A stretch of DNA of 7,609 nt. Source: Octopus sinensis. Taxonomy: Eukaryota. The notes under the pieces were generated by a model. It did not search any database. It saw only the letters and a program-made list of their open reading frames with translations, and was not told the origin of the DNA. Shown piece by piece: positions 7,289 to 7,609 of this stretch. Every line of letters starts with the position of its first letter. The first letter of the stretch is position 1. Location: contig NW_021828837.1 of the NCBI RefSeq assembly GCF_006345805.1, forward strand, positions 1-7,609, read 5' to 3'. The position numbers and the translations under genes were made by a program.

Positions 7289-7484
7289 TATCTGAAAATG
7301 TATGTATGTATGTGTGTATGTATGTATATGTGTACGAATGTATGTTTGCATACATGGGTATATATGTATTATGTGTATATGCATGTACGTACGCGTTATA
7401 TATGTATGTACGTACGTATGTATAAATGTATTACGTATGTATGCAAGCATGTATATATATATATGTATGCATGTGTATATATAT
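6990..7484. repeat. Compound (TATG)/(AT) microsatellite with an internal diverged duplication
   Basis: 7041-7129 versus 7336-7424 match 81/89; ttacgtatgtatgcaagcatgtata recurs at 7185 and 7431. Confidence 0.92.
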
Positions 7485-7609
7485 AGAAACGTTAGCACGC
7501 CGGGCGAAATTCGTAGCCGTATTTCATTTGTCGTTACGTTCCGAGTTCAAATTCCGCCGAGGTCGACTTTGCCTTTCATCCTTTCGGTGTCGATAAATTA
7601 AGTACCAGT
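7485..7609 (+). mobile_element. SINE family M, lacking its first ~15 nt, running off the window end
   Basis: agaaacgttagcacgccgggcgaaat...gagttcaaattccgccgaggtcgactttgcctttcatcctttcgg is about 86% identical to the reverse complement of 2140-2264. Confidence 0.93.

Overview
AT-rich, non-coding eukaryotic DNA (intronic or intergenic) with no credible protein-coding gene. Every ORF in the track is a translation of microsatellite, SINE or unrecognisable sequence. The window is a mosaic of very long (AT)n/(CA)n/(TATG)n microsatellites and tRNA-derived SINE copies from about four families, labelled A, B, C and M here. From memory these resemble octopus/coleoid cephalopod SINEs; I did not verify this by search. 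The best unexplained structure is a 444-bp segment (5141-5584) bracketed by an exact 18-bp direct repeat. It contains a CpG-rich 194-bp fold-back with a perfect 21-bp inner core and a competing alternative hairpin, and it has no SINE head, terminal inverted repeats or ORF. Other clear structures are a nested SINE-in-SINE insertion with a target-site duplication (TSD), an internally dimeric SINE, a module-swapped SINE, a closely spaced inverted SINE pair, and two tandem duplications of compound microsatellites. I see no evidence for a new protein-based system; any novelty lies in mobile-element or RNA structure.
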